The notes under the pieces are model-generated. The model ran no database searches. It was not told the origin of the DNA and saw only the letters and a list, made by a program, of their open reading frames with translations. A stretch of 64,000 nucleotides of DNA from Isurus oxyrinchus (Eukaryota): NCBI GenBank assembly GCA_026770705.1, contig JANJGN010000026.1, positions 31,062,001 through 31,126,000 of the forward strand, written 5' to 3'. Of the stretch, positions 1 through 13,067 are shown piece by piece (positions within the stretch are counted from its first letter, which is position 1; every line of letters starts with the position of its first letter). The translations under genes were made by a program, and so were the position numbers.

Positions 1-1120
1 CAGTTTCCCACCTATGGAGTGGTATGTGTAGGAGGATGCAGGGTATTTTGTTCCCATGTGCTTGTTGCCCTTGTTATTCTGGGAGGTGGAGGTCACAGGT
101 ATGGAAGGTGTTGTTGAAGGGGCCTTGGCGAGTTGCTGCAGTGCATCTTGTGGATGACACACACTGCAGCCACTGTGTATCAGTGGCGAAGGGAGTGAAT
201 GTTTAATTCCTGGATGAGGAGCCTATCAAGGGGTTGATTTCCCCTGGTTGGTGTGGAGGTTCTTGAGAGTTGCTGCAGTTACATTCGTCAAGGAAAGTAA
301 TCAATTTCCAACAGGCATCTGACTTGCAGATTTGCAGATGGTGGAAAGGCTTTGGGGAATCCAGACGTGAGTTAATCACACAGAATTCCCAGCCTCTGAC
401 CTACTCTTGTAGACACAGTATTTATATGGCTGGTCCAGTTCAGTTTCTCTTCAATCGCACCTGCACAACGTTGATGGTCGGTTTCAGTGATGGTAATGTC
501 TTTTGAATGTCAAGGGGAGATGTTTGGTTTCTTTATTGTTGGAGTTGGTCATTGCCTGACACTTGTGTGCCACTTATATCACTTGCAACTTATCAACACA
601 AACCTGTCCAGTTCGAGATGCAATAAGTAAGGATGGTTTCATTATCTGATAGGTCATAAATGGAACAGAACACTGTGCAAATATGAGCGAACATCCCCAC
701 TCCTGACCCAGTGATGAAGGGAAGGTCATTGATTAAGCTGCTGAAGATGGTTGGACCAAGGACACTTCTCTGAGAGACTCCTGGAATGATGTCCTGCTGC
801 TGAGATGATTGGTCTCCAACAACACAACATCTTCATATTCGTTAGGTGTAACTCCAGCCAGTGGAGAGACTTGACCCTGATTCCCGTTGACCTGACACTT
901 TCCAAGGCTTCCTGATGCCACATTCAGTTAATAGCTACTTTGACATCAAGAACTGAAGCACTCATATATCATGTCTGGAAGTTCGCTCTCTTGTCCATGT
1001 TCAGACCAAGTTTACAATGAGCTTTGATGCTGGCTGATCCTGGTGGATTCAGTCTGATCTTTGGTGGGCATTTTGGCGACTCCTTCAGTCACTTTACTGA
1101 TGATTGAGAGTAGATTGATT
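1..1120 (-). mobile_element. Decayed LINE fragment (CR1/L2-clade-like), continuing at ~1950-2490
   Basis: Resembles a common shark LINE body; no intact ORF; similar sequence resumes after the CR1 insertion at ~1255-1950. Family assigned by recognition only. Confidence 0.45.
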
Positions 1121-1254
1121 GAGCTGCGAGGGGACAGACCTAATCTGTTGTCCATTATGTACAGTATTCTATCTTCACGCTATGGTTCATAATTTTCAGG
1201 TATGCCTGGTCTTGCTTCTGACGTGCTGGCCTATATTCCTCATTATTCCCAGGC

Positions 1255-1950
1255 TAGATGATAGACTCATAGACTCAGAGACGATTACAGCACAGATGGA
1301 GGCCATTCGGCCCATCGTTTCTGCCCCAGTAAACAAAGATCTGACTACACTAATCCCATTTTCCCGCGCTTGGCCCATAGCCCTGGAAGCTATGGCAGTT
1401 TAAGTGAACATTTAAATCCTTCTTAAATGTTACTAGAGTTTCTGACTCAACCACCCTTTCAGGCAGTGAGTTCCAAATTCCTACCACACTCTGGGTGAAA
1501 AAGATTCTCATCAACTCCCCTCTTAGCCTTCTACCTCTTATCCAAAATCTCTGCTCTTTGGTTTTTGACCCCTGTACTAATGGAAAAGGTGCCTTCCTAT
1601 CCACACTACCTATGCCCCTCAGCACCCCCTCAAGATTCGTTCTCCAAGGAAAACAGCCCAGCATATCCAATCTTTCCTCATAGTTCAGATGCTCCAGCCC
1701 AGATAGCATCTTGGTAAATCTCTGCACTCTCTCCAATGCAGTCACATACTTCCTAGAAATGTGGTGACCAGAACTGCAAGTAGTGCTCCAGTTGTGGCCT
1801 AACCAACGTTTTATAAAGTTCCAGCATAACCTGCCTGTTCTTGTGTTTTATGCCTCAGATAATAAAGGCAAGTAACCCATATGCCTTCTTAACCACCTCA
1901 TCAACCTGCTCTGCTACCTTTAGGAATCTGTGGATGGGCACACTAAGGTT
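1255..1950 (-). mobile_element. CR1 LINE 3' fragment
   Basis: ORF 1350..1745(-) has CR1 ORF2 C-terminal motifs (LERVQRFTKML..YEERL..FFTQSVVGIWNSLP..GYG) and there is a short tandem 3' tail near 1260. Confidence 0.85.
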
Positions 1951-2489
1951 TGAGTGAGGGATATTCTGGTCCATGAGATTACAGGGTGTGATTGAATGCA
2001 ACTATCCTGCTGTTAATGACCAACAGTATCTCGTTGATGCTAAGTTTTGAGCTGCTAGATCTGTTCTGAATGTATCCCGTTTAGCACAGCGGCAGTGCCG
2101 CACAACACAATGGAGAATGTGCTCAGTGTGAATACCGGCCTGGGTTTCCGCAAGGACAGTGCAGGGGTCAATCACAGTTATATCAATAGTGTGGTGGGCC
2201 GGAGATCAGGTAAGGGTTTCCTCGTGTTGGCTCTCTAACCATCTGTGGCAGGTCCATCCTGTCAGATACGTCATTCAGGACTCATCCAGCTCCGGCATTC
2301 TTGGCCTTGTCAAATGGTAATTGATTTTGCAAATTCACAGCACATTCATTGCCCTTGCTACCCTCAGTGTTTCTTCCACGCAGTGCTAAAGATGAAGGAG
2401 TACAGCTTCATCAGCTGAGGGAGGGCAATAGGTGGTAATCACCAGGAGGTATCTCCACCCAGATCTTATCTGGTTCTGTGGGACTTCAA

Positions 2490-3895
2490 TATGGTGTCAA
2501 TATTGCTGCACTCCACTGTGTCTCTGTTAATATTACACTCAGCCTGTCTCATTGTTACTGCTCTATTCCGTGATTCTGTTTCTGTAATACTAGACACTGC
2601 CTCAGTATTGCTGCTCTCCACCATGCCTCTGTTTATAATACACTGGGCCTGTCTCATTGTTACTGCTCTAGTTCATGTTTCTGATTTGTAACACTGGACT
2701 CTGTCTCACTTATTGCTGCTCTCTACCATGTCTCTGTTCATATTTTACTGGGCCTGTCTCTTTGTTACTGTTCTAGTCCATGTTTCTGTTTCTGTAACAT
2801 TAGGTCCTGTCTCAGTTATTTGTGTAATTGTCCTCTGTTTATATTACATTAGTATATTCCCTTACTTTATTGCACTAGACCCTGAAAATAGGAGTTAAAT
2901 GGTTTAATTTAAACATCTGCAATATAAGAGAGGTCTGTGGATCATGAATACAAATCTGGGATGCAGGGAGGACAAGTTATAACAACTAAACAGGCCCCCA
3001 TGTTAATTGTTCCCACCATCTTGCTGCCTTATCTTCACTATTTCCACCCCAGCCAATTTCCACATTATGGCACATGGGTAGTGCAGTAATAACAGAGGCA
3101 GGGTCTAATGTAATTTAAATACAGATATGATCTAACACAGAACTGAGACAGCGGCTACTGAAATACAGAGACAGTTCTAGATTAATATACAGAGACAGGT
3201 CAATTATAATATAAACAGAGACAGGGCCTTGTTTAATATAAGCAAAGACAGGATCTAGAGTAATATAAACAGAAACGGGGTCCAGTGTAAAATAAATAGA
3301 GACAGGGTCTAGTGTATTATAAACATACAGGGCCCAGTTTGATATAAACAGGGGCAGGGCCTAGTGCAATATAAACAGAGACCGGATCTAATGCAATATA
3401 AACAGAGACAGCGTCTAGTGCAAAATAAACAAAGATATGTCGAGAAACATATTAACAGAGACGTGCCGAGTGTAATATAAACAGTGATATATCAAGTGTA
3501 ATACAAACAGGGGCAGAGCCTAGTATAATATAAACAGAGACACGGTCTAATGTAATGTAAACCAAAACAGGGATCGGTGTAACATAAACAGAAACAGGGT
3601 CTAGTGTAATATAAACCGGGGCAGGGCCTAGTGCAATATAAACCGAGTCAGCGTCTCATGCAATATAAACAGAGGCAGGTCGAATATAATATAAAGAGAC
3701 ATGTTGAGTGTCATATAAACAGGGGCAGGGCCTCGTGCAATGTAAACAGAGACACCGTCTAGTGCAATATAAACAGAGACATGTCGGGTGCAACATACAC
3801 AGGGACAGGGCCTAATGTAATACAAACAGAGAGAGGGTCGACTGTAATATAAACAGAGACAGGGTCACGGTCGAATGCAATATCAAGACAGGATC
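2490..3895. repeat. Degenerate 27-bp minisatellite blocks (+ orientation ~2490-2880, - orientation ~3060-3895)
   Basis: Repeated AGAGACAGGGTCTAGTGTAATATAAAC-like units, the reverse complement of the large satellite's monomer family. Confidence 0.8.
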
Positions 3896-4945
3896 TACTG
3901 TCCCATCAAACACTCCCAGGACAGGTGCAGCATGGGGCTAGTCACAGAATTTAAAGCTACCTCTACATTGTCACATTGAACACCCCCAGGGAAGATGCAG
4001 CACGGATTAGAGAGAGGGAAACTCCCTCGACACTGTCACCATAGGGCTAGTCACAGAATTTGAAGCTACCTCTACATTTTCACATTGAACACTCCCAGGG
4101 CAGGTATAGCACGGGTTAGATACGGTTGGACAAGGTCTAGTGTAATGCATAGACAAGGCCCATGGCTCCATCAAACAGTCCCAGGGCAGGTGTAGTATGG
4201 GGCTACATTAATAATGTAAAGTTCCCTCTACATTGCCACTTGAAAATCTCCCAATGCAGGTATAACATGGGTTAGATTCAGAGTGAATCTCCCTCGACAG
4301 TGTCGCCATCAAACATTTCCAGGACAGGTGCAGCACAGTTCAGAAACAGGGTAAAACTTCCTCTACATTGTCCGCTCAAACACAGTTGAGGCATGTAGGG
4401 TAAGACTTCTATGCAGTGTAAAGTTTCCTCTGCACTCTTCATCAGACGTTTCCCAGGCAACTCGACACTGGGGGCAGGTAAAGAGGAAAGCTGCCTCTGC
4501 ACCGTCACAACAGGTATTTCCAGGGCTTAGATAGGGGCAGATCCCCCTCTACAGTGTCTACAGCCATGTCAAATATAGCGTGGTTTAGATGCAGAGTAAA
4601 GCTCCCTCTAAACGGCCCTAACGATTACTCCCAGGCCAGGTATAGCACAGTTTAGATACAGAGTAAATCTCCCTTTACACAGTCGTATCAAACACTCCCA
4701 GGGCAGTCACAGTGCAGGTTAGGTGCAAAGTAAAGCTCCCTCTACACTCCATCAGACACTCCAAAGGCAGGAACAGCACGGGTTAGATACAGGGAAAGAT
4801 CCTTTGGCACGGCCACATCAAATCTACGCTACTGGCTGCAACACAGGTTAGATACAGAGTAAAGTTTCATCTGCAGTTTCCCACCAAGCACTCTCAAGTC
4901 AGTGAATGCTCAAAACAGATTTAGAATAAAGTTCCCTCTACGGAT
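3895..4945 (+). repeat. ~68-bp tandem repeat
   Basis: Repeated units like CCATCAAACACTCCCAGGACAGGTACAGCACGGGTTAGATACAGAGTAAAGCTCCCTCTACACTGT; a short related block occurs at ~54760-55000. Confidence 0.85.
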
Positions 4946-5769
4946 TATAATCCATTTCATTTGATCAATTTAGTTTGAAGTGTATGAATCGGGCTGAGAA
5001 AATATATTGGCTAGACATTGACTTCATGTTGTGGAGTAAAGACAGTGACCCATGGTGGAGAGACAAGACAAAGAACCAGAGAGGAGAAAGAGAGAGAGAG
5101 AGAGAATGCAGGAAATCTCTACAAACACATTTGCCATGACATTATATTTCATGATAAGTGGGAATCTTACTTAATTCTGAACATAAATATCATCGTGACA
5201 TAATTCTCATATAACTGATTTTAAAAATGCCCAAAAACAATTGCTACTGATGTATTTGCATGCTTGATGCTATTTCTGTGCTGTGTTGATGGGGAAATAT
5301 TTGCTGTGCTTTTGTGTCTCCAGAATCTAATCTGGGACTTCTATTTCTGTGTTTATTTACATAAACGCCTGACTGACTTCAATGAAGTGTTCATTGCAGC
5401 AAAACCAGATAAACACAGGCACTTATTGATTGGTTTCAACTCAAAACAAGGGTTTATTTTAAGAATATTGACAGTTGGTATAAAATTAATAGAAACATTT
5501 TCAACATCCATTAGAACAGATGTTATTTATTTCAAATAATTAAAAATACATTTAAATTAATAATTCAATTCTGAAAGGTCTACTGTCACAATCAGTGATG
5601 AATATTTGAACAGGCTGGGATTACACTCAATGTCAATTTGTTGGAAGATTTAACCGATTAAAAATGGACAATTTAAAATAGCAACCAGAGGAGCGACCTA
5701 CAATCATGTTAATCTCAAAGTTTTCAACATATCACAACCAGCATTTTAAAATGTTAACATTTAGGAAGA

Positions 5770-6030
5770 ATTTACATTTATAGAACACTGCTTACGACCC
5801 CATGAAACCCTAAAGCCCTTGAAATTCGCTGATGTACACTTGTTGAAGTTTAGTCACTGCTGTAACATTGGCTATCCATCCGGTGATTTGTGCACAGCAA
5901 GCTCCCACGAATAGAGCTGCGAAAAATGATGAGATAATATGTGATTTTAGTTGAAGAATGAATACTGGACTAGGATAGTGGGGAGAACAGTCCTGCTCTA
6001 TAGATTGGTACCAAGGGAGATTTTGCACCT
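5770..6030 (-). mobile_element. Deu-domain SINE-like fragment
   Basis: Contains GATTTGTGCACAGCAAGCTCCCAC, similar to the copy at 32310-32665. Confidence 0.5.
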
Positions 6031-6814
6031 GTCATCGGCCTGAACGTTTGACCTGTTTCTCTCTCTATTGATGCCCACTGACCTGCTGAGTGATTATTTT
6101 TTGCCCTGCTTTAGATTTCCAGAACCCATAGTATTTTGTAGTGTTTTAATTCGTTCTTGGGATATGGGCATCAATGATGAAGTAATTCTTGCACTTGGCC
6201 CTGTCTCAGTTATCCTCGTCCAGACCATATATCAGGAATCACTGCACTAGACACTGTCTCAGTTTAATTTAATTTAGACCCTGTATCATTAATTGCTGCA
6301 GTGGACCCTGTCTCAGTTTACATTAATCTAGAACCTGTGTCAGTCATCTCTGCACTGGACATTGTCTGAGTTTATATTAATCTACACCCTGCATCAGTAA
6401 CCACTGCACTAGGCCCTGTCTCAGTTTCTATTAATCTCGACCCTGTATTAGTAATGACCGCACTGGACATTGTCTGAGCTTCTATTGATCAGGACCATGT
6501 ATCAGTGAACACTGCACTGGACCCTGTCTCAGTTTCTATTAATCTTGACCCTGTATTAGTAATGACTGCTCTAGGCCCTGATTCAGTTTATATTAGTCCA
6601 GACCCTCTAACAGTAATCATTGGAAAGGACACTGCCTCAGTTTATATTGATCTTGATCCTGTATCATTAATTACTGAACTAGTCCCTGTCCTAGTTTATA
6701 ATAATCTCGTTCCTGTGTCAGTAATCACAGGACTTGGCCCTGTCACAGTTTTGCAATAGATGCTGTCTCACTTGATATTGATCTAGACCTGTATCAGTAA
6801 TCAGTTTATATTAT

Positions 6815-7900
6815 CACAGAATCACAGAATCACACCGTGCAGAAGAGGCCCTTTGGCCCATCAAGTCTGCACCGACATGTGAGAAACACCTGACCTACCT
6901 GCCTAATCCCATTTACCAGCACTTGGCCCATAGCCTTGAATGTTATGACGTGCCAAGTGCTCATCCAGGTACTTTTTAAAGGACGTTAGACAACCCACCT
7001 CCACCACCCTCCCAGGCAGTGCATTCCAGACCAATACCACCCTCTGGGTAAAAAAGCTTTTCCTCAAAAGCCCCCTAAACCTCCTGCCCCTCACCTTGAA
7101 CTTATGTCTCCTTGTGACTGACCCTTCAGCTAAGGGCAACAGCTGCTCCCTATTCACCCTGTCCACGCCGCTCATAATCCTGTACACCTCTATTTGTTCT
7201 TCACTCAGTCTTCTCTGCTCCAATGAAAACAACCCAAGTCTATCCAACCTCTCTTCATAACTTGAATGTTTCATACCAGGCAACATCCCGGTGAATCTCC
7301 TCTGCACCCTCTCCAGTGTATCACATCCTTCCTATAATGTGGCGACCAGAACTGCATATGGTACTCCAACTGTGACCTCACCAAGGCTCTATACAAGTCC
7401 AACATGGCCTCCTTACTTTCGTAATCTATGCCTCAATTGATAAAGGCAAGTGTCCCATATGCCTTTTTCCCACCACTAAGATGCCCCTCTGCCTTCAGAG
7501 ACCTATGGACACACACGCCAAGGTCCCTTTGTTCCTCAGAATTTCCTAGTGTCATCCCATTCATTGAATACTTCCTAGTCAAAATACTCCTTCCAAAGTG
7601 TATCACCTTGCACTTTTCAGTGCTAAATTCCATCTGCCACTTATCTGCCCATTTAACCATTCCATCTATATCTTCTTGTAGCCCAGAACACTCAACATCA
7701 CTGTTAACCAACCGGCCAATCTCTGTATCCTCCGCAAACTTACTAATCCTACCCCACATGTAGGCATCTACTTTCGTTTATATCAGTAACAAATAATCAG
7801 GGACCCAGCACAGATCCCTGTGGTACACCACAGGACACTGGCTTCCAGTCACTAAAGCATCTTTCTGTCATCACCCTCTGTCTCCTACAACTAAGCCAAT
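6815..7900 (-). mobile_element. CR1 LINE, 5'-truncated, inserted in the satellite
   Basis: ORFs 7433..7759(-) (RT end, ISKFAEDT..LQEDID..WQMEF) and 6903..7307(-); (CACAGAAT)2 at ~6815 is the reverse complement of the CR1 ATTCTGTG tail. Confidence 0.92.
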
Positions 7901-10780
7901 TTTAGAATTATATTCTTCCCTGCCTCAGTTTTTTTTTATCAATCTGGACCCTGTATCTTTAATCACTGTACAATACCTTGTCTTCCTTACATTACTTTAG
8001 AGCATCAGTAATTACTGCACTGTGCTCTGCCACAGTTTATATTGAGCTAGACCATGTATCAGTAGTCTCTGCACAAGATCTGTCTCAGAATATAATAGTC
8101 TAGATCCTGTATCTGTAATCTCGGCACTTGAGGCTCTCTCAGTTTATATTAATCTAGACCCTGTAACATTACTTACTGCACTAGGCCCTGTCTCAGTTTT
8201 TATCAATCAAGACCCTGGATCAGTAATCACTGCAATGGACATTGACTCAGTTGACTTTGATCTAGACCCTGTATCAGTAATCATTGCAACAGACCCTGTC
8301 TCAGTTTATATTAATTTAGTCCCTGCAGCAGTTATCACTGCAAGATCTCCTGTCCCAGTTGTATTTATCTAGGCCCTGTACCAGTGAACATTTCACCAGG
8401 CTCTGTCTCAGTTTATGTTGATTCAGACCCTGCATCAGTAATTACTGCACAAGAGCCTGTCTCAGTTTATATTAATCAAGACCCTGTTTCAGTAATCACT
8501 GCATTCGACCCTGTTCTGGTATTAATAATTTGCACCCTGAACCGAAAAACACTACACTGGACTGCTTCTCAGTTTATATTAATCTAAAGTCTGTACCTGT
8601 AGTCACTGCACTAGGCCCTGTCCTATTTTATATGCATCCAACCCTGTAACACAAATCCCGGCACCAGGCCTTGTCTCAGTTTATATCAATCTAGACCCTA
8701 TACCAGTAATCACTACACTAGACGCAAGTCATTTTATATCAGTTTGGACCTTATGCCAGTAATCACTGCACTTGACCCTCTCTGAGTTTATATTAATCTC
8801 GGCCCAGTATCAGTAATCCCTGCACTATATCCTGCCTGAGATTTTCTTTTATCAATCTAGACCCTGTATCAGTTATCACTGCCTCATCCCAGTTATATTT
8901 ATCTAGGCCCTATATCAATTAACACATCACCAGGCCATTTCTCAGTTTATGTTAGTCCAGACTGTGTATCAGTAATTACTGTACAAGAGCCAGTCTCAGA
9001 TTATATTAATCAAGCCCCTTTTTCAGTAATCACAGCACTCGTCCCTGTTCTGGTTATAATAAACTGCACACTGAATCTATAATCACTGCACTTGGCCCTC
9101 TCTCAGTTTCTATTAACCTAGACCCTGTATCAGTAATCACTGCATTAGACATTGTCTGAGCTTATATTGATTGAGACCCTGTATCAGTAATTACTGCACA
9201 AGAACCTGTCTCAGTTTATATTAAGCTAGATCCTGTGCTTGTAATCACTACACTAGAACATGCCTCAGTTTACGTTAATCTAGATCCTGTATCAGTAATC
9301 ACTGCACTCAACATTGTCTGAGTTATGCTGGTTGAGACACTGTATTAATAAACACTGTACTAGACCCTGTCTCAGTTTATATTAATCTAGATCCTGTATC
9401 AGTCATCACTGCACTATGGCCTGCCTCAGTTTAAATTAGTCCAGACCATCTATCAGTAATAATTGCAATAAGCCCCGTCTCAGGTTATGTTAATCTAGAT
9501 CTTGTATCAGTAATGACTGCACAAGGCCCTGTCTCACTTTATATTAATCCAGACCCTGTATCAGTAATCACTGCACTTGGACCTATCTCAGTTTATATTG
9601 ATCGGGACACTGTGTCAGTAATTACAGCAATATGCTCTATGTCAGTTTATATCAATTTAGACCCTCTATCAGTATTCAGTGCACTTGGCCCTCTCTCTGT
9701 TTCCATTAATCTAGACCCTGTATCAATTATCACTGCATGAGGCCCTGCCTCAGTTTATATTAATCTAGGCTCTGCATCAGTAATCGCTGCACAGGACATT
9801 GTCTAAGTTCATATTGATTGAGACCATGTGTCAGTAATCACTGCACTCGGCCCTGCCGCAGTTTATATTAAGCTAGATGCTGTGCAATATGCCAGGCATC
9901 ATTTTGTTTATCAAACTAGACCCTGTATCAGTAATCACTGCACTAGGCCCTATCTCAGTTTACATTAATTTAGTCCCTGCAGCAGTAATCACTGCCCGAG
10001 CCCCTGTCCCAGTTATATTTACCTAGGCCCTGTGTCAGTGAACACTGCACCAGGCCCTGTCTCAGGTTATGTTAGTTCAGACCGTGTATCAGTAATTACT
10101 GTACAAGATCCTGTCTCAGTTTATATTAATCAAGGCCCTGTTTCAGTAATCACTGCACTTGTCCCTGTTCTGGTTATAATAATCTGCACCCTGAATCTAT
10201 AATCATTGGACTTGCCCCTCTCTCAGTTTCTATTAACCTATACCCTGCATCAGTAATCACTGCAGTATGCCCTGCCTCAGTTTATGTCAATCTCATCCCT
10301 GTATCAGCAATTACTGCAATTTTCCCTACTTTAGTTTATATCAATCTAGACCCTAAATCAGTAATCGCTGCACTAGGCCATGCCTTAGTTCATATTAATC
10401 AAGACCATGTATCAGGAATCACTGCACTAATCACTATCTCAGTTTTATTTTTATCAAGACCTAGGATCAGTAATCACTGCCCTAGGCACTGTCTCATTTT
10501 ATACTGATGTACACCCCGTAACTGTAATTGCTTCAATGGACACTGTCTCAGTTTATATTGACCCTGATCCTGTATCATTAATCACTGCACTATCCCCTGT
10601 CCTAGTTTATGTTAATCTAGTCCCTGTGACAGTAATCACTGAAATATGGCCTGCCTCAGTTCATATTAATCTAGACGCTAAATCAGTAACCGCTGCACTG
10701 CGCCCTGACTCAGTTCATATTAATTTAGGCCATGCATCAGTAATCAGTGCAATGGACACTCTCTCAGTTTATATTGATAT

Positions 10781-13067
10781 TGATCCTGTATCATTAATCA
10801 ATGCACTAGCCTCTGTCCTACTTTACATTTACCTCGACCCTGTATCAGTAATTACTGCACTATGCCCTCCTCTATTTTTATCATCTAGACCCTGTATTAG
10901 TAATCAGTGCACTAGTCTCATTTTATATTAATCTAGACCCAGTATCAATAATCACTGCACTGGCCACTGTCTCAGTTTATATTGATCCAGACCCTGTATC
11001 AGTAATCCTGGCATTAGAGCCTGTCTCATTTTATATAAATCAAACCCTGTATAATAATCAGTGCAATGAACACCCTCACTTTATATTGTTCTAGACCCCG
11101 TATCGGTAATCACTGCACTAGCCGCTGTCCTCGATTTTATTTATCTTGGCCCTGCAACACTAGTCACTGCACTATGGCCTGCCTTAGTTTATATCAATCC
11201 AGGTCCTGTATCAGTAATAACTTCGCTGGACCCTGTCTCCATTTATATGAGTCCAGATCCTGTGCCAGTAATCACTGCACTGGCCCTTATCCCAGTATCC
11301 CAGTATGTCAACCGTGTATAAGTAATCACTGCACTAGTCCCTGTCTCTGTTTATATTGATTCTGGACGCTGTGCCAGTAATCAGTGCACTAGACCCAGCA
11401 TCAGTTTATATCAATCCATATCCTGTATCAGTAATCACTGGACTAGACCTTATCTCAGTTTAAATGAATCCAGAACCTGTATCAGTAATGACAGATCTAG
11501 AGAATGCCTCCACTTATTTTAGTCCAGACACTGTAACAGTAATCACTGTTCTAGCCCCTGTCCCAGTTTATACTTATCTAGACCATGGATCAGTAATCAC
11601 TGCACAATGCCTTGTCTCAGTTTCTGTTAAGCTAGAGCCTGTATCAGGAATCACTGCACTACACCCCGTCTCAGTTTATATTAATCAAGACACTGTATCA
11701 GTAATCACTCCACTGGACACTGCCTCAGTTTATATTTATCTAGACCATGTATCAGTAATCACTGCACTAGACCCTGTCTCAGTTTATATTAGCCCTAGAG
11801 CCTTGTTCAGTAATTACTGCAATATGGCCTGCCTCAGTTCATATTAATTTAGGCCATGTATCAGTAATTACTTCAATGGACACTGTCTCAGTTTATATTG
11901 ACCCTGATCCTGTATCATTAATCAATGCACTAGCCTCTGTCCTACTTTACATTTACCTCGACCCTGTATCAGTAATTACTGCACTATGCCCTCCTCTATT
12001 TTTATCATCTAGACCCTGTATTAGTAATCAGTGCACTAGTCTCATTTTATATTAATCTAGACCCAGTATCAATAATCACTGCACTGGCCACTGTCTCAGT
12101 TTATATTGATCCAGACCCTGTATCAGTAATCCTGGCATTAGAGCCTGTCTCATTTTATATAAATCAAACCCTGTATAATAATCAGTGCAATGAACACCCT
12201 CACTTTATATTGTTCTAGACCCCGTATCGGTAATCACTGCACTAGCCGCTGTCCTCGATTTTATTTATCTTGGCCCTGCAACACTAGTCACTGCACTATG
12301 GCCTGCCTTAGTTTATATCAATCCAGGTCCTGTATCAGTAATAACTTCGCTGGACCCTGTCTCCATTTATATGAGTCCAGATCCTGTGCCAGTAATCACT
12401 GCACTGGCCCTTATCCCAGTATCCCAGTATGTCAACCGTGTATAAGTAATCACTGCACTAGTCCCTGTCTCTGTTTATATTGATTCTGGACGCTGTGCCA
12501 GTAATCAGTGCACTAGACCCAGCATCAGTTTATATCAATCCATATCCTGTATCAGTAATCACTGGACTAGACCTTATCTCAGTTTAAATGAATCCAGAAC
12601 CTGTATCAGTAATGACAGATCTAGAGAATGCCTCCACTTATTTTAGTCCAGACACTGTAACAGTAATCACTGTTCTAGCCCCTGTCCCAGTTTATACTTA
12701 TCTAGACCATGGATCAGTAATCACTGCACAATGCCTTGTCTCAGTTTCTGTTAAGCTAGAGCCTGTATCAGGAATCACTGCACTACACCCCGTCTCAGTT
12801 TATATTAATCAAGACACTGTATCAGTAATCACTCCACTGGACACTGCCTCAGTTTATATTTATCTAGACCATGTATCAGTAATCACTGCACTAGACCCTG
12901 TCTCAGTTTATATTAGCCCTAGAGCCTTGTTCAGTAATTACTGCAATATGGCCTGCCTCAGTTCATATTAATTTAGGCCATGTATCAGTAATTACTTCAA
13001 TGGACACTGTCTCAGTTTATATTGACCCTGATCCTGTATCATTAATCAATGCACTAGCCTCTGTCCT
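10781..13067 (+). repeat. Apparently exact 1124-bp tandem duplication inside the satellite
   Basis: Identical ORFs at offset 1124 (11066/12190 and 11464/12588); identity begins at TGATCCTGTATCATTAATCAATG (10781, 11905) and ends near 13067. Confidence 0.9.
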
